A stretch of DNA of 53,707 bases, filler included, from Sphacelaria rigidula (Eukaryota), in the NCBI GenBank assembly GCA_964200075.2. It is 5 parts of 5 records of this genome, joined end to end, with 100 filler letters (N's around TTAATTAATTAA, not from the genome) between each part and the next. Parts side by side here need not be neighbours in the genome. Positions count along the whole stretch, not along the records: positions 43,048 to 53,707 come from CAXNAA020006124.1; 4 more parts are not named here. One strand, written 5' to 3'. How positions within the stretch are numbered: position 1 is the first letter of the stretch; each line of letters opens with the position of its first letter. The translations under genes were made by a program, and so were the position numbers. Below, one piece after another: positions 51,081 to 53,707 of this stretch. Below the pieces are notes generated by a model that was not told where the DNA came from, made no database searches, and worked only from the letters and a program-made list of their open reading frames with translations.

Positions 51081-52237
51081 CACATAAGACTTCAAATGTT
51101 GTGATAATGAGTGACCATGAAAAACAACTACACGACGAGTGGCATGTGCGGCAAGCCGGCCACTCCGATCGCCGGTAGCCACCATCACTCCGCAACCCAG
51201 TCCCGCCCGACCCACAAAAAAAGAGCGAAATGGCATCTGAAATACATCACGGCGTGCGGCCGTACCGCCCCGGTGCACTCAAGGGCACTTGCGACATCGA
51301 ACACAACATAATCATCCTTAAAAACGAAAACAAAAATGTGAGAATCACAATCGGCCGCCGACAGCACGCGGCGGCGATCACACTTTTCCATACCCGCCCC
51401 GCCACCGCCACCTAACCCTCCAAAAACAATATACCCGAAATCGGCGACAGTCACGCCGTATAACGGAAATCCACGCCGTGATAGTCACAAAAGCAGCCGA
51501 CACCGTACGGTTAGTACCACATCAGGTAGAAAGATAAGGCGAACCCACCGCGGGAACGTCACAGTCAATAGTACAATCGACGGGCGCGCCATTCCCACCC
51601 CTGTTGCCGGCAGCATGATAATACAACCTGGGTGCGGTTCCACCGTGTAACGCACAATCGGCCGCCGCAAGGCGACGGCGGCGACCGCACCCGTCGGCGT
51701 GCCAGCACTATTTATGGCGCCAACGAGGAAAGAAGCACATTGTATCAGCGGCGGTCACGTTTTCTAGTGGTCGCCCGCAAACACTGCTTGCTTGTGTTTA
51801 GGACGCGTCCTTCACGCTGAAAATCAGCACATGAGACTTCAAATGTTGTGATAATGAGCGACCATGAAAAATAATAACACGACGAGTGGCAAGTGCGACA
51901 AGCCGACAACTCCGATCGCCGTTAGCCAGCATCCCTCCGCAACGCAGTCCCGCCCGACCCACTAAAAAAAATCAAAATGGGATCTGAAATACATCACGAC
52001 CCCGGTGCACTCAAGGGCACTTGCGACATCGAACACAACATAATCATCCTCAAAAACGAAAACAAAAATGTGAGAATCACAGTCGACCGCCGACAGCACG
52101 CGGCGGCGATCACATTTCTCCATACCCGCCCCGCCACCACCACCTAACCCTCGAAAAACAAAATACACAAAATCGGCGGCAGTCACGCCGTGTACCGGAA
52201 ATCCACGCCGCGATAGTCACAAAAGCAGTCGACACCG
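51081..52237. repeat. Direct repeat pair of ~410-425 bp (51081-51505, 51828-52237)
   Basis: Colinear and highly similar from AGACTTCAAATGTTGTGATAATGAG to GATAGTCACAAAAGCAG.CGACACCG. Confidence 0.93.
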
Positions 52238-52275
52238 CCATCCGCCTGTACTGAACCCCAGGATCCGACTGGCGG

Positions 52276-53086
52276 CTACGGCGCCCCCCTCACAACCGCC
52301 GCGGCGCTCCCGCCTCCAGGTTCATACCTCCGCACCTTTTTCCGTGATCTCGGCTGCCCGTTCTTTCTTTTGGAGGAAATGTGTTGTCTTGCTCCCTTGT
52401 GCAGGTCGTAATCGAATGCGCAAGTCTTGCACATGAGAATTTCGGCCCCGGCGCACTCGCGGCACGCGCATACCCCCTTTGTTCTCCTAGTACAATCCTT
52501 TGTGCTGCAGACGCGGGCGTTCTTGCTGTAAGCCGAGTGCCACATTGGGCGGAATTCGTCACGGGCCGGGTCCAGGTGTGCTCCTGGTGTGCTCTTCCGC
52601 TTCCTACTGGGGCCCGGGAGGTGCGTGTTCTCGCCCACACTGCACTTGCGTTCAAGGGCGTCGGACATGTGAATGTCGAACGTGCACGTCTCCATCGAGA
52701 TCAGCTTTCCCAATGCCTCTTCCATCGCGATCAACTCCCACGGCTCGAGGTAGGTCTCCTTTATGTGCTCCTCCTCGGTTGCCACATCGGCGGTCGCTTT
52801 GTTTTTCTCTGCCTGCCGAATCCCCAACCGCCTCAGATGGGCCCGCACTTGGCGCAGCAACCGCTTCGCCCACTTCACCATGGCGACCCGGGAATTAGTA
52901 CCCGCCTGCCGCAACTTGTTCTCAAATGGCCTCTTCCAGTAGTAGTTCTGTGGCTTGTGATCAGTGGCGTGGGCGGCGTTTCATTGGTCGGCCACGTCGA
53001 CGCCGCGCATGTACTTCACGTAGTCCGCGCGACGGGGTGGCTGCTGGCCCGGTACCTTCTGCCCTTTGTTCTCGGACACATGCTTC
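52276..53086 (-). pseudogene. piggyBac transposase, last exon, with premature stop
   Basis: PPRRADYVKYMRGVDVADQ*NAAH..K..YYWKRPF is the third catalytic Asp motif of piggyBac. C-terminal Cys-rich domain CSTKDC..TKGVCACREC..LMCKTCAFDYDLH. Splice acceptor TACAG| at 53087. TGA at 52981-52983. Confidence 0.88.
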
Positions 53087-53241
53087 CTGTACGAATGGGG
53101 GATGGGAGGGAGGCATGAAAGCACGTCGTCGCGAAGGAAATCGCGGAGGCGGTCGGCACCGAGTGAACAGTGGTGCATCCTGGTGTAGCTGTCACCACTA
53201 TTGTTGCGTCACATTTTTGGTCCATGTACAACGATTGTTTG

Positions 53242-53602
53242 CAAGGGTGAGTCGAGTAGAGTATACTCGACACTCAGCAGTTTAGAAGTCATACTTTTAG
53301 TGCTCAAAGTTTGAGTAGAGTATTTGAGGTCGTGCTCAACTTACGCAATTATTCGTGTAGAGTATTTGAGATCATACTCAATCTACTCGAAATTTGAGTA
53401 GAGTATTGAGGTCATACTCGAGTATTCCTGACAGTGCTGACTCAATACTTCAGCAGAGTATTCAAGGCCGTCCTCTATCTACTCCAAAATTCGAGTAGGG
53501 GATTTGAGCCCGTACTCCACCTACTCAAACGTCGAGTAAATGAAATACTTCAGTATTCTATTCGAGTACTCAAAAGTACATACTATACTCGACCTACCCT
53601 TG
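53242..53602. mobile_element. 361-bp MITE (hAT-like) built of GAGTA/TACTC motifs
   Basis: TIRs CAAGGGTGAGTCGAGTAGAGTA / TACTATACTCGACCTACCCTTG. Flanks GATTGTTTG and GATTTTTG approximate an 8-bp TSD. Confidence 0.75.
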
Positions 53603-53707
53603 GATTTTTGCTATGTGGGACCGCCAACAGCGGCAAACAGTGTTTTCGTGAGATTGAGAGTAGATGATACGATTGAGAGTGAAAAGCGGTCAATCAGTGA
53701 ATGAATC

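Larger units (their letters stand above)
48867..53707 (-). mobile_element. piggyBac-superfamily DNA transposon, 3' portion (other end beyond the contig)
   Basis: TTAA (48863-48866) followed by CCCTTGGGGAACC is the nearest piggyBac-type terminus downstream of the transposase. The partner TIR is not in the window. Confidence 0.55.

Noticed and set aside
52381-53118. 245-aa plus-strand ORF
   Set aside because: Antisense shadow of the GC-rich piggyBac transposase exon.

Overview
Eukaryotic, repeat-rich DNA. The intron style, roughly 50% GC and the transposon families suggest a brown alga or other stramenopile, which is an inference. The window is not one locus. It is five unplaced contigs of 10663, 10662, 10661, 10661 and 10660 bp (1-10663, 10764-21425, 21526-32186, 32287-42947, 43048-53707), sorted by size and joined by 100-bp N44-TTAATTAATTAA-N44 linkers, so no synteny across linkers can be assumed. 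Contig 1 holds a TA-flanked foldback DNA element, a spliced pseudogene, LINE-like fragments and a degenerate Ty3/gypsy gag-protease region. Contig 2 holds a tRNA-derived element and seven phase-compatible exons of a BTB-BACK gene whose BACK domain is split by a ~330-aa low-complexity insert. Contig 3 holds a near-complete degenerate Ty3/gypsy element on the minus strand. Its integrase tail carries a chromodomain followed by a Tudor-like barrel, and its pol is interrupted by a GAG...CTC MITE. Contig 4 holds a head-to-head inverted duplication of a small three-exon gene with two atypical WW domains and an internal PPxY motif, plus retroelement debris. Contig 5 holds tandem and direct repeats, possible exons of a membrane protein, and the 3' part of an intron-containing piggyBac transposase pseudogene. 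The long 3' arm of this element, ending at TTAA|CCCT, appears to carry a decayed Ulp1/C48-type protease. All domain calls were made by eye from motifs; no searches were run.
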